64,000 bases of DNA, taken from Adineta vaga (lineage: Eukaryota; Animalia; Rotifera). Below are positions 41,481-52,906 of the stretch, one piece after another. The position numbers and the translations under genes are program-made. How positions within the stretch are numbered: position 1 is the first letter of the stretch; the number at the start of each line of letters is the position of its first letter. The stretch lies in the NCBI GenBank assembly GCA_021613535.1, contig CP075492.1, positions 992,001-1,056,000 of the forward strand, read 5' to 3'. The notes beneath the pieces are model-generated. The model had not been told where the DNA came from. It searched no databases and saw only the letters and a list, made by a program, of their open reading frames with translations.

Positions 41481-41589
41481 ATCAATTACATTCAACTCCA
41501 GTTTTGGTATTGCGAAATAAATGAAAAGTGAAATTAAAGTGAACATGAAGATGAGATTTTAAAAATAACTTCTGTGTATTTACTTATCT

Positions 41590-41654
41590 AGGGTGAGGGT
41601 GGGTGGGTGGGTGTGGGTAATACTCTTTTCTTCTCCACACCCACACCCTTAAAA
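41590..41654. repeat. Telomere-like palindrome
   Basis: AGGGTGAGGGTGGGTGGGTGGGTGTGGGTAATACTCTTTTCTTCTCCACACCCACACCCTT. Confidence 0.85.
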
Positions 41655-41822
41655 GGGATACAGATTTTTTTATCTTTCATTTTTTTTACACAAATATATT
41701 CATAGTATACGGTCATCTTTATATAAATGTGTGTGATAGGTAGACTGTATCAACCAATAGGTTTTCTTTTCTCCTGTTTACTGTTAATTGATATATGGTG
41801 TATATATACTTAAACAAAACAA

Positions 41823-42401
41823 ATGACGACTAATAATAAGATTGAAGAGTTAAAAGGTACTTGGGAATATGTATGATATTTATTTATTTATTGGAAATAA
41901 TAAATAATTTATTAATTTAGATTAATGCAAAAAATTTTGATGAACTATTGAAAGAACTTGGTGTTAATCAAGAGATACGTACGTTTACAACAGCTGAAAC
42001 ATTTAAACCTCGTGTTATAATTAATGAAAAAGATGGAAAATGGTCATTAAAATCAGAAAATACTTTTAAAACAACAACAGTTGAATTTACACCTGGAATT
42101 GAATTTGAAGATTTATCACCTGATGGACATCATATAACTGTTTGACTAATTTTTATTTAAATCTTATTCATATTTTTAAATTTATTTATCTTTAGATGAT
42201 TATTTATTTTGAAAATGGAAAATGGATTCAAAAAGTACGATATAAAAATGGAAAAGAAATGTTTGTAGAACGATGGATCAATGATCAAGATCAGTTAGAA
42301 GTCGTATGTTTCTTATCTAATTAAACAAATATATATTCTTTTATTAGATTATGAAATGTGGAAATGTTAAAGCATCTCAATTTTACAAACGTCTTATTTA
42401 A
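41823..42401 (+). CDS. Fatty-acid-binding protein (iLBP/FABP), 4 exons
   Basis: LKGTWEY|INAKNFDELLKELGV...SENTFKTTTVEFTPGIEFEDLSPDG...|IMKCGNVKASQFYKR; three GT-AG introns. Confidence 0.9.
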
Positions 42402-42617
42402 TTTTCAAAACGAAATATTTTCTTTCTTTCTTTACATATATACTACGTAATATTCGATCTTATCGTTGTCTAAATGAGTGAACTCTATTTGTGAATTAAT
42501 CAGACAAAATATTATTTTAATTTTAAGAAAATAAAATTTTATTCAAAATATATGATGAAGAGATTTTTAACAAAAAAATATATAAAAAAATAATCCAAAT
42601 TTCTGTTGACAACTTCT

Positions 42618-42672
42618 ATTTGAGGGTGGGTGTCGGTGTTAAGAGTATAACCTCATTCCTAATCATCCACTA
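42618..42672. repeat. Telomere-like palindrome (degenerate)
   Basis: ATTTGAGGGTGGGTGTCGGTGTTAAGAGTATAACCTCA...CATCCAC. Confidence 0.6.
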
Positions 42673-42944
42673 TTTTTATTATGAAAATAAATATAAATGT
42701 CGATGATCGATTTTCTTTCGTAATTTTTCTATTAGAATATGTAAATAAATGAAAGAGTTTATTATTGATAGAGTATAGATATAATTATAAGTATAAAAAG
42801 CACTTTTATTTATTTACATTATGAAAGATTTTGTATTAAAACTAACAAACTATTTTCATTTTATAATATTCTCAAAATAAATTTCAATGTTCAATAAGAT
42901 ATTACTTTTTCGATTGAATAAATTCAAATGTTTCGTCTATAGGA

Positions 42945-43110
42945 TATTCTATTACTGGTAAGTGAGAAAATATTAGTTACTGATGGACGTGATACTAAAT
43001 TTCTCAATCTTGTTAAATTATATGATCCATCAACAGAGACTTGAACAAATATTGCTAATATGAAGTATGCACGATGTTTACACACTGCAACAGTATTACC
43101 AAATAGAAAA
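42945..43110 (+). pseudogene. Kelch-repeat fragment
   Basis: KILVTDG...LYDPSTET*TNIANMKYARCLHTATVLPNRKV, ending directly in a palindrome. Confidence 0.75.
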
Positions 43111-43165
43111 GTGGGTGAGGGTGAGTGGGATCAAGTTATACTTACCACCCATCCACCCTCAAGAA
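43111..43165. repeat. Telomere-like palindrome
   Basis: GTGGGTGAGGGTGAGTGGG...ACCACCCATCCACCCTCAAGA. Confidence 0.8.
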
Positions 43166-44192
43166 GAAAAAAAATGGTCATAGCTTTCTTTTCTTATTTT
43201 GCTGATAAGAAGAAATGACTCATAGTTAGCACAAACGCATCTAACTGAAAATAATCACTGATTCGACACGCGATGCTATAGTAGAGTCATTTGCTGAAAT
43301 CTTCTATTAGATGAAAGAATTCGAAAAATTACCTATGATGTTGATAGAAGCTAAGATAACGAACGAAACAATCAATAGAAACATAACGGACATGCCGTCG
43401 TTCACAATGAATATTGTTTGTAATCGAAACAACAAAAATGATATTATAAAATAATGATTATTTCAAGTGACTAAGTAAAATCGTGAGTTGTACTGATAGG
43501 CGATTGTGTCAGAAATTTTCTATTTCTTATTCTGTTGTCAACAACAAATATTTTATTTATATATAAATAGGTTTATGTTAAGGCAACAATTAATCTAATC
43601 TTATCTCTTTGACAAACAAGTACAATCGTAAACGAACTATACGCTCAAATAAGAACGTTTTAATGCGATCGTACTTTCATCAAAAGTACGAATATTGATT
43701 TAAAATGATCGAAACATTGATGTGATAAGTAAATCATTTTTTAATATGAAATATAATAATTTTTCTTTTAAAACAAGGCTAATGCAAGGAATACTTCTAA
43801 ACTAAATCATTATTTCAAAATACATTCGATTTCTTTTGGCGCATTCATATGAATTCAGAAAATGTTCCTATTATTGTCATGTCTAAATTGATAAACGATT
43901 TGTTATAAACTAATTTCATTTATTGTGTATTTAGGAAATTCAAAGAGTAACTTTTAGTGATTTTTATTATAAAACGTATTTATTCATTTGTCTTTAGAAT
44001 ATTCGAAAAATTAAACATAATTTTCATATTTAGACCGATTTACAAATGTATGGTTTCTGTATCTCAAATGTTCCTATTTTTGACATATGGATGTGTACGA
44101 AGTCATTTTTAATGCAGTTTTTAAAAGAGTTTCGAATTCGTTACAATAAAGTGTGGAAATCCTTTTTGTTTTCAGTCTAAAGTATATCAACT

Positions 44193-44215
44193 CATCTTGA
44201 GGGTGTGTGTGTTTG
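44193..44215 (+). repeat. Half copy of telomere-like palindrome
   Basis: CATCTTGAGGGTGTGTGTG. Confidence 0.55.
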
Positions 44216-44789
44216 TACTCGAAATAATATCTCTTATATCTACTTACTAAACGGTGAGAATAACAGAAGGATAGTTCAATATCGGTTTTTAGTTAATGTT
44301 CTTTTTTTGGAGGTACAAAATGAATCGTAATCCATTGTTCAGCGAGAGTGCTGTCACAAAAATGAAAAACTATCAATGGTGGCACTATCGTCGAGCTAAA
44401 TCATCCGTATATATCTCTTGTTGTTCTAATGATAATTGTAATTATCCTTTCGCTAATATTAAAATTTGTTGTTTTTACACCGAAAAAATCCTGAAACCAC
44501 TACTACTACTACTATCATTATATCCATAACATTAGTGATTCTTCAACTTTTGTGATCGTATTTTTCGAGTCAATGAATTCATGATTAAGATCCTTCTGAT
44601 CCGTTGCTACTCCAGAACAATTTGTATTGAGCTTTTTATGGTCGAGTAAACGTGCGACTTGTATGTAGTACAAAGTTTACATTCAATACACATCTATAGC
44701 CTTGGAAGGATACCATGTGTTTTCCGCACCCTTTGATTGCCGTGAAGTTTATTCTTTTTCTTTTCCATCTAATCTAGCGTAACATTATA

Positions 44790-45022
44790 GTAATCTGATT
44801 AACGCACGATATCGACATGCATCATCAGTCTTAACCGATGGAAAAGTATTAGATGTGAGTGGAGAATCATTTCATAATTATGTAGATAAGGCTGAATTGT
44901 ATGATGGAAATTTGGATAACTACTGAAAGCATGAATCATATTCGAAGTGATCACACAGCATCTGTATTGACAAGTGAATATAGTCGAGGGGCCGTAATAA
45001 CTGCAGAACTATATGAATCACT
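44790..45022 (+). pseudogene. Kelch-repeat fragment
   Basis: ARYRHASSVLTDGKVL...AELYD...SMNHIRSDHTASVL...TAELY. Confidence 0.7.
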
Positions 45023-45468
45023 CTAAAAAAAGGTATTACTACAGATTATTTTTATTCCAAAAAAAACAAGACGAAATAATGAAATACGTGTATAGTTGTG
45101 TATTTCGATCGAATTATATTCACAAGTTCATTTTTTCAAAATAGACCTTTCAACTCTTTCCAGGAGTCATCATCAAGCATGTGTTTTATGGATGTCATAA
45201 GAGATACTCATATTCAACACCCTCACCCAAATATTTTTTTCTTGTATATAAAATTCAATAATTAGAAATTTATTTCATTATTTTCAATATAGACACAAGT
45301 TATCAATAATACTTTACAATTATTCTACTTGTTGTGCAATTACACATTTTACTTATTTTTCTATTATATAAAAAAACGCGCCTGATCATCGATACGTATA
45401 TTACTTGATTATATCATTTTTTGTCTCTTATTAATAATTTTTCGTTTTTACAATCTCTAAAAGAAGAA

Positions 45469-45980
45469 ATGAGTTGGCAAATGAATTTATTGATTGGATT
45501 CATTCGTTTATTCATTGGTTTGTTTATTATTCTTATGTTTATTGTTGCTTGGGATGAATTTGATAAATCAAATAATTATATCAAACATCAATGTCAAGTT
45601 AATACAGTTAATGCACAATACTACACTGCTATTTGGAGTGTAATTATTATGGGTGATACTCAAAGATATGATACAGTTTAAGATAATGAAGGAGTATGGC
45701 TTCGGAAATCATTAGCATTGTCAAAAGCAAAAAAATATGAGGTAATATTTCATTTTTCGACTTTGAATAGTTTTTTATTTAATATAGGTTGATCAAATTT
45801 ATACATGTTATGGTCCTCCATGAGATTTTCAGCCAAATCTGTAGATAACTGCTGATTTAAGATGAAAAAAACCAAGCAAATGGATGGCTTGTGGTTGTTT
45901 TTTATTTGCATCGATTCTTACTTTTAATTCAATACACTCTTTCTTAAAAGAACGAAATGAAAGAATTAATTCAGAATAAT
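45469..45980 (+). pseudogene. Small two-TM membrane protein pseudogene (TM-Cys loop-TM)
   Basis: Hydrophobic N-terminal helix, CQV...YTCY loop, intron about 45743-45787, second TM; multiple in-frame stops. Confidence 0.5.
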
Positions 45981-46325
45981 AATTTTATCGAAGATCTACA
46001 TAGTTGGTCAGTAACAATTCTTTTTAGTATTTATAGTTTATATAAGATCTTTTGATTTTAACTTACTGTATACAATCAAAGATTTGAATTCTTTTGTTTC
46101 ATATCATCGTTGTATCATTTGTTAGATATATTTTCTCGTAAGCTCACATTACATTTTTAAACTGAATGTATGGGTATTAATGAGAATATCTGCATTCAAA
46201 TCCACATCCTTCTTTTATCTAAAATAATATAACTATTTGTAACTCGAAGTGATAATAAAAGAAGATTATCATGCAACAATTGTTGTATAAATACATTAGC
46301 TAATATTTCACCTTTGAATACTATC

Positions 46326-47367
46326 ATGTCTACAATATTTTCTTCTAATCTATTTGATCTTTCCACGAAACTTGTTATCTATTATTTAACATCAATCTAT
46401 GTTATTGGAATTTTGGGAAATGTTCTCAATATTATCATTTTTTCTCATCGACGTTTACGTTCAAATTTATGTTCAGAATATTTAATTGGAATGTCAATAA
46501 TTCAAATTGTATTCTTCAATAGTTTAGCATTAACAAGAATAATAACCTATTTAACTAATTATGATCTTGGTCGAATATTTGTTTCACTTTGTAAAATTCG
46601 AGTATATCTTTACGTATTTAATCTTGGACTTCTTCGTCAATTTCTTTGTTTAATTACGATTAATCGATGGATGATAACATCAAAATATGAATCAATTAGA
46701 AAATTAAATTCACCATGTTTTACTCGTTGGAGCATGTGTCTAAGTACACTTTTTTGGCTAATATTTAGTAGTCATGCTCTTGTTGGTTATGAAATAACAT
46801 CAACACGTGGTTGTACGACTCCATTAGATTCTATTTATGCTTTATTCTATGTCATACAAATAACTATTTCATCAATTATACCATTTCTTATTCTAACCTT
46901 ATTCAGTATATTAACTTTGTATAATATTCGCGATTCTTATCATCATCGTCGAGTTCAACCAATTGTGCAAAATAATTCATCATTAATCATTGTTTTATTC
47001 ACTCAAAATATTAATCGTCGTCGTTATGAAAATCAATTAATTAAAATTTCTTTTATTCAAGTGATATTTTATGTTCTATTAAGTATGACATCAACAATGT
47101 ATCCACTTTATTCTCTTTTGACAAGTTCACAAAGAAAAAGTTCGGATCAAAATGCTATTGATGCATTTATCAATAATACTGGTTTACTTTTACTCTATAC
47201 TTATAGTGCGGTATGTTTTGTTCGATAATATCGCTTCATTAATTCGATATTATTTTCATTTTTAGATCACTTTTTTTCTTTATACATTGATATCAAAAAC
47301 ACATCGAAAAAAATTATTTCAAATATTTAACGAAACCATTCGATACATTCAAAGAATTCATTTTTAA
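46326..47367 (+). CDS. Rhodopsin-like orphan GPCR, 2 exons
   Basis: GILGNVLNIIIF, LCKIRVY, LITINRW; intron 47211-47265; terminal exon ITFFLYTLISKTHRKKL. Confidence 0.85.
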
Positions 47368-47926
47368 TTGAAGAAAAATACGAAATGATTGTCATTGTAA
47401 GAATATTCAGTAATAAAAAAAGCAACAACGCATCTTTTACTTAAAAAACTTCGAAAAACTAATGTTGAACTCAAGTTCGTTGATCTCGTAGACAGGACAT
47501 TTGCTGCAAGCTGATTGACTAGGATAAACAACAGAACGAACTTTCACGGGTTCCATCGAGTATATCATCTTTTCTTTAAGAAAACAGAAATAATCTTCAT
47601 AATCACAATAATAAAGATTGAACTTCAGGGTAAATAATATTAATCTCATTTCTTGTTCAATTATTGAAAGTATAATTAAATAATAGAAAATTACAAAGAA
47701 AAAACAAAAATTTGGTTTAGAAGATAAATTTGTTGAATTGAATTTATCTTGTTGTTTTAAAGTTCGAATGATTTTCGTATATTTAATGGTTTCAATTAAA
47801 TTAACATTTGAAACGTATTGTCGTTTAAATGTTGTAACTAAACGATAGTTTGTTTCAGATGCTAAATTCTCAAATCGATGATTATTTATCCAATATATTT
47901 CACTAAATACAGTTTCTATTCGTATC

Positions 47927-47955
47927 ATTGAGGGTATGGATGTGGGTGAAGAATG
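47927..47955 (+). repeat. Half copy of telomere-like palindrome
   Basis: TTGAGGGTATGGATGTGGGTGAAGAA. Confidence 0.6.
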
Positions 47956-48560
47956 TGTTTCAGTGTCCGTGTGCTGGTACACAAACCAGGCCTATTTTTG
48001 AACAGATGTGGATTGAGAATAATATGAATTTTTTGGTTGGAGACGGGAGTTAGAAGTGCAAAATACGCTACATCTTCGTCATGCAATAGAGCATATTTCG
48101 CTACCCGCTGGCCCAGAAATAGTAAAAAATTTCCATCATTCTTGAGATGAGACAATAACGTAAGATGCATATTCTGCGAAATATGGTACATAATTTCCAA
48201 CATCCTTGATCCGCAGATCATATGATATCGCTCGCCATAAAAAAAGACATAATCTCTATTATGTTTGAAGATTTTATTCTTATTTCAATAAATCAATCTT
48301 CTGCGAATTACAATAGATTTCTCAGAATGAAAGTTAAGTCATTAATGTCATCTTATCGAAACAACTATTATAAATACCTTTCGTCAATATTTTTCGCACA
48401 AATCAGTTTCAATAGACCAACGAGCATACAAGGTGAGAATAGATTATAACGTGTAGATAATATCAACGATATATATCGACATACACCCACGTCCACTTTT
48501 TAATTGCCAAGTTTTTTATCGTAGAAAATACAATTGACATATTATACTGTAAGTGATCAA

Positions 48561-49352
48561 ATGTCGGCATCGATGATATGCCTTGTTTTGATGTTCTTGG
48601 TGAGCGCAAATGAGATGGGTGTCGATGCTCAACACTATTATGACACCACTTGCAGTTGTAACTCAATGTTATCTAGTGGATGTATGAGTTATTCATGCAA
48701 ATCTACTTACAAAATGTCTTGCTTTGCTGGCTCGAGTCAAGTTACACTTGAAGATGGAACTTTTAAACTAATATCAGATGTCAAAATCAATGACCGAGTA
48801 CTTGTCGACAAACAAAACCTTTATGAACCGATCATCGGTTTCATTCATTCAAAGCGAGAAGGTCTTTTCGATTTTCTCGCGATCGATGTACAATCAGATG
48901 TGTCGAATGTGTCCACGACTATTTATGTGTCAGCAAACCATCTTATTTTTGATTTTGATTCTGATCAGGCTCGTTTTGCTGGAAATTTTCGTATTGGTGA
49001 TCAAATGAAACTCGTTCATCATTATCAAATCGTACCTGGTAAAGTAACGAATATTCGACTAATGAAACGGGAAGGTTATTATGCTCCAATGACTCCATCT
49101 GGAAAGATCGTTGTAGATGGAGTGCTCGCTTCGAATTATGCTACTGTGAGTAATCATGCTTTAGCTCATCAAGTAATGGGTATCTATCGTACTTGGATCC
49201 GTCTTGTGGGATCATCGACATCGAACGAGCAACTTTCATGGATGTTACAAATAATGATGTACGTTGAAAAAATATTCCAATGGTCTGGTGGAAATTCATT
49301 AATAAACAATCATATATATGATGGTAAATTCGAAGTTACAAGCATTATATAA
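48561..49352 (+). CDS. Secreted Hog-domain protein (signal peptide + short Cys-rich peptide + Hint + SRR-like region)
   Basis: CFAGSSQVTLEDG..KLISDVKINDRVL; YVSANHLIF; GYYAPMTPSGKIVVDGVLASNYA; HALAHQVMGIYR; intronless. Confidence 0.9.
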   Translation: MSASMICLVLMFLVSANEMGVDAQHYYDTTCSCNSMLSSGCMSYSCKSTYKMSCFAGSSQVTLEDGTFKLISDVKINDRVLVDKQNLYEPIIGFIHSKREGLFDFLAIDVQSDVSNVSTTIYVSANHLIFDFDSDQARFAGNFRIGDQMKLVHHYQIVPGKVTNIRLMKREGYYAPMTPSGKIVVDGVLASNYATVSNHALAHQVMGIYRTWIRLVGSSTSNEQLSWMLQIMMYVEKIFQWSGGNSLINNHIYDGKFEVTSII

Positions 49353-49530
49353 ATGCTGTACTTAAGAAAATAACTCTTTTATATCTCTTTGAATATCTTA
49401 TTGTCGAGATTTTTTTCCAGATTTGACTACTAATTCACTTTTCTTCTTTAGTATTTCATTCAAGATTATTTCTTTTTTTTATCTAAATCTAAATAAACCT
49501 TCTATCTTTTCAATGAAAATACTTACAAAG

Positions 49531-49586
49531 CATCTTGAAGAGTGAGTGTGGGTGAAGAAAAGAGTATTACCCACATCCCTCATCCA
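49531..49586. repeat. Telomere-like palindrome
   Basis: CATCTTGAAGAGTGAGTGTGGGTGAAGAAAAGAGTATTACCCACATCCCTCA; core is the reverse complement of the 41590 copy. Confidence 0.8.
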
Positions 49587-50420
49587 AATTTGCTATGTTT
49601 ATTGCAGGAGGTTTTGAACCAGGATGGCAAATAAGAAATTTAAGTCAAACTGTTTTATCTCAATGGGTTGAATCCTATTCTAAGGGGCAATCCTCATATT
49701 TAAATGCTAATTATAATCCATACAATGCTCCTGGTTTACCACCCATATTAATTGATTATTATGGTCTAACTGATGCATTATCAACGTGTATATTTCAATG
49801 TCCTGTCCGTCGAATAGCAGCTTATTTAGCGAATAATGGAAGTGGATCTGTATATTTGTATTCTTTTAATTATATTCCATTATCATCTCATTTTGCGGAT
49901 TTATCGCAATCAGTTCATGGTCAAGAATTTCCATTTGTATTTAATACAGCTAATTCATCAGCATTCATACATATTATATTTCCGGTTAATACTTTCAATG
50001 AAAATGAACGATTATTCGCATCAGCAATGAGTTTACTTTGGATACGATTTGTTGTTAATGGAAATCCTAATACGCCATTGAATGTAGAAGGAACTAATCC
50101 ATTAATAACTAAGTTAAATCAACTTGGCGGTTGGCTAATGTACACAGGCGAAAAAATGACTAATATTTCTTCGTATTTAATATTTTCTAATATAGCAATG
50201 GGAAATAGTAATGCGACTATTAGTTTAGCAACAAGTGGTTATCATCAACCGACATGTACTGCATGGGATGAAATTGTACTTAATCCAACCATAATAAAAC
50301 GATGTAATATTGGTTATACAGCGGTACTGATTGTTCAATAGATAGTGGTAGTAGATTAACTCTAGTTTCATTGCTACTTTTCAGTTTGGCTCTTACATAT
50401 ATTATGAACATTATTTTTGA
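49587..50420 (+). pseudogene. Type-B carboxylesterase C-terminal half with EGF-like/GPI-like tail; 5' half missing
   Basis: FQCPVRRIA, VYLYSFNY, HGQEFPFVF (catalytic His motif), WIRFVVNGNPN; no GxSxG region upstream. Confidence 0.8.
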
Positions 50421-50530
50421 ATAATTATGGAACTAGATCTTTTGCAACTTTTGAAAATGTGTTTTTTCTCTCATTTAGATGAAGTATTTTTAAGTTTTTC
50501 ATCCTCAGCTGAAAGGTATTAGAGAGGTAC

Positions 50531-50593
50531 CATCTTGAGGGCGTGGGTGTGGACAGACAAGAAACACCCATACCCACCCACACCCACACCCAA
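50531..50593. repeat. Telomere-like palindrome
   Basis: CATCTTGAGGGCGTGGGTGTGG...CACCCATACCCACCCACACCCACACCCAAG. Confidence 0.85.
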
Positions 50594-51024
50594 GCTATCT
50601 CGACGAATTATAATTATTTTTCTTCTATTTGGTCAATTCATGGTACAATTGCTTCGCTATTTTACGAAATAACACTAATACGAAGTTCTTCATCGAATGC
50701 AATTTATGATACAATATATGTTATAGTTATTAATGGTTGTATTTCAATCTTTATCATAAGTATATTTGGATGGTTATAGCTAATAGAAATATTCGTCAAA
50801 CACAAGTTCTTGCTAATAGACAAGTAGATCGTCAATTGACGAAAATGATTTTAATGCAATCGATTTTAATTGCAGTTAGTAATATAATATATGAGATTAA
50901 TAGTATTTATCGTTTTATTACTAGTGGAATTACTAAAGATATCGATAAACAAATCAAAGAGAATTTTGTTACAACAATCATGACAAGTATATCGTATTTT
51001 CATCCGATTGTATGCATAGAATGA
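50594..51024 (+). pseudogene. GPCR C-terminal fragment (TM4-TM7)
   Basis: ISIFGWL..RNIRQT...DRQLTKMILMQ...ITKDIDKQIKENF; begins at a palindrome. Confidence 0.7.
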
Positions 51025-51221
51025 TAAACAGCGATTATTATTTTATCGAAGATACAATCAAATAAATATAACTCAGAATTAACCATAAGAAAAATAAAAC
51101 ATGCTATGAATATAATAAGTGCACTACTCACATCCTTATTATTCACATATGATCGAAGCTAACGGACAAACATTATTTATTGTAAACATTATATTGCTTT
51201 CGTCTTACCAACATTCGCCAT

Positions 51222-51341
51222 TCATATAGGCTGCCAAAATCTCCACCATGGAGCACCGAAGCCACCGTCGAAATGATTTTCAAGTTCATACTCAGCGAAA
51301 GCACCTAATCCAGCATCAAAAAATGGGTGATGATGAGACAT
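51222..51341 (-). CDS. Small Gly/aromatic-rich peptide ORF (39 aa), possibly frameshifted
   Basis: MSHHHPFFDAGLGAFAEYELENHFDGGFGAPWWRFWQPI; GC-richer than flanks; ACAATG start context. Confidence 0.45.
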   Translation of the reverse strand: MSHHHPFFDAGLGAFAEYELENHFDGGFGAPWWRFWQPI

Positions 51342-51538
51342 TGTATTGATAATTGTTTAATAGTCATCGAATTAAATAGGAGTATTATTAACAAAAAAAA
51401 CTTTGCTCGTTGTGTTTATGTGTTTATATGTTTATTATGCGAATGAGATAGTCGAGAAGATAGGCGCAAGAAAAAAAAGTTCGAAGAACGTTGACACTGA
51501 TAAAAGGGTTCTCTTTTGCTAGCGATAAACGACACAAA

Positions 51539-52494
51539 ATGACTACACTCATCGAGTATCGCCCTGTTAGCATAAACGAACAACAACAAGCCATCGACTT
51601 ATGGCATAAAATATTTATTCAGTTTCCAGCAGGGTTCTTTTCACGCTACTATTCATCAGCGGCACCATCTTATCAATATGGTGATACATTAGGTGCTTGA
51701 TGTAATGGGTCTCTTGTCAGCACTGTACATATCTGTCGATTAACGTTATTTAATGGTAATGAAACATATGTGTGTGGTGGTATTGCTTGTGTAGTCACAT
51801 TACCTGAGTATAGGAAACGTGGTATTTCTCGCTATTTGTTAGAACCAGCATTTGATAAAATGAAAAATGAAGGTTTTCATCTATCCATACTGAACAGTCT
51901 TCGAAATTCACGTTATAAGTGTATCGGTTTTCAGGAATGTAGTTTAAGCAGACGGCTTTTAATTGATTTAAATGAAAATACTGACCAGGCATCTACTTCA
52001 CCTGATTGTGATTGGAAAACGGCTCAAGTTGATGAAGAAATTATTAATATTTACGCTAAACAATCAAGACATTTTCAGCTTGATCGCTCTCGTGAGTATT
52101 TTGAAGGGTGGGTCAATTGAAATTGGCAACAAGATAAAGCTATTCTTCATGTCATACCTGAAGAAGAAGGTTATATTGTCTTGAGCAAAAGCAATGATGA
52201 TTGTGTCTGTTCTGTATCTGAATGGCAAGCTAACAATCGAGAGATTGAAGAACAATTATTAGTAAGAGCATCATGTAAAGCTCAACAATTAAATTCAAAA
52301 CAAATTCGATTAGCAGCAACTCCGATTTTCATTGATCAACGATGGATTGAAAAAATCTGGGTAAAATTGTGACGATTGATGAGGATGGAATAACTATGAT
52401 TCGTAATATTAATCTCACAATCGATCAATTTGAAAAAATTAAAGCATTCTACACAACTGGTGAAGCAATTATGTGGCCTGCTGATTATTTTTAA
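51539..52494 (+). pseudogene. GNAT (Eis-like) N-acetyltransferase, intronless, disrupted
   Basis: CGGIACVVTLPEYRKRGISRYLL acetyl-CoA motif A; TGA at 51698 and 52118; 1-nt frameshift near 52355; ends MWPADYF. Confidence 0.8.
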
Positions 52495-52906
52495 ATAACA
52501 AGTTTTATTTCTTTTTTGTTTCTTTTCAAATGAATAATAGATTCTAATCATTGAGTGTTTACTTTTGGAAATTATTAGTACGAAATTTCAAACCCATCAC
52601 GTACAAGTGGCGATCTACATTTCAACATTTGCCAAAATATTTTGCACGCTGTAAAAAGTCTGTACAACAGCTAACAAATCTGGCAGGTTAGCCATGTGCG
52701 TAAACAGAGATGCTTATGATTACGGTATGCTGACGATGCAATTTTCTTCCTCTCGTTCTATTTCATTCGATCGTCGTCAATAAACGACAAAAGATTTCTC
52801 AACACTAGCAACCTGCCTGAGCTCGTTTCCCCTACCGAAAAGAAAAGGTATGTAGACATGATCTTATTGTTGTCACTACTGATCGATTCTTTCCATCAGG
52901 TAACCG

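Noticed and set aside
47437-48221. ORFs 47437..47982 and 47925..48221 as genes
   Set aside because: They run through a half palindrome and intron-like T-rich tracts, with no recognisable family; at most an unidentified fragment
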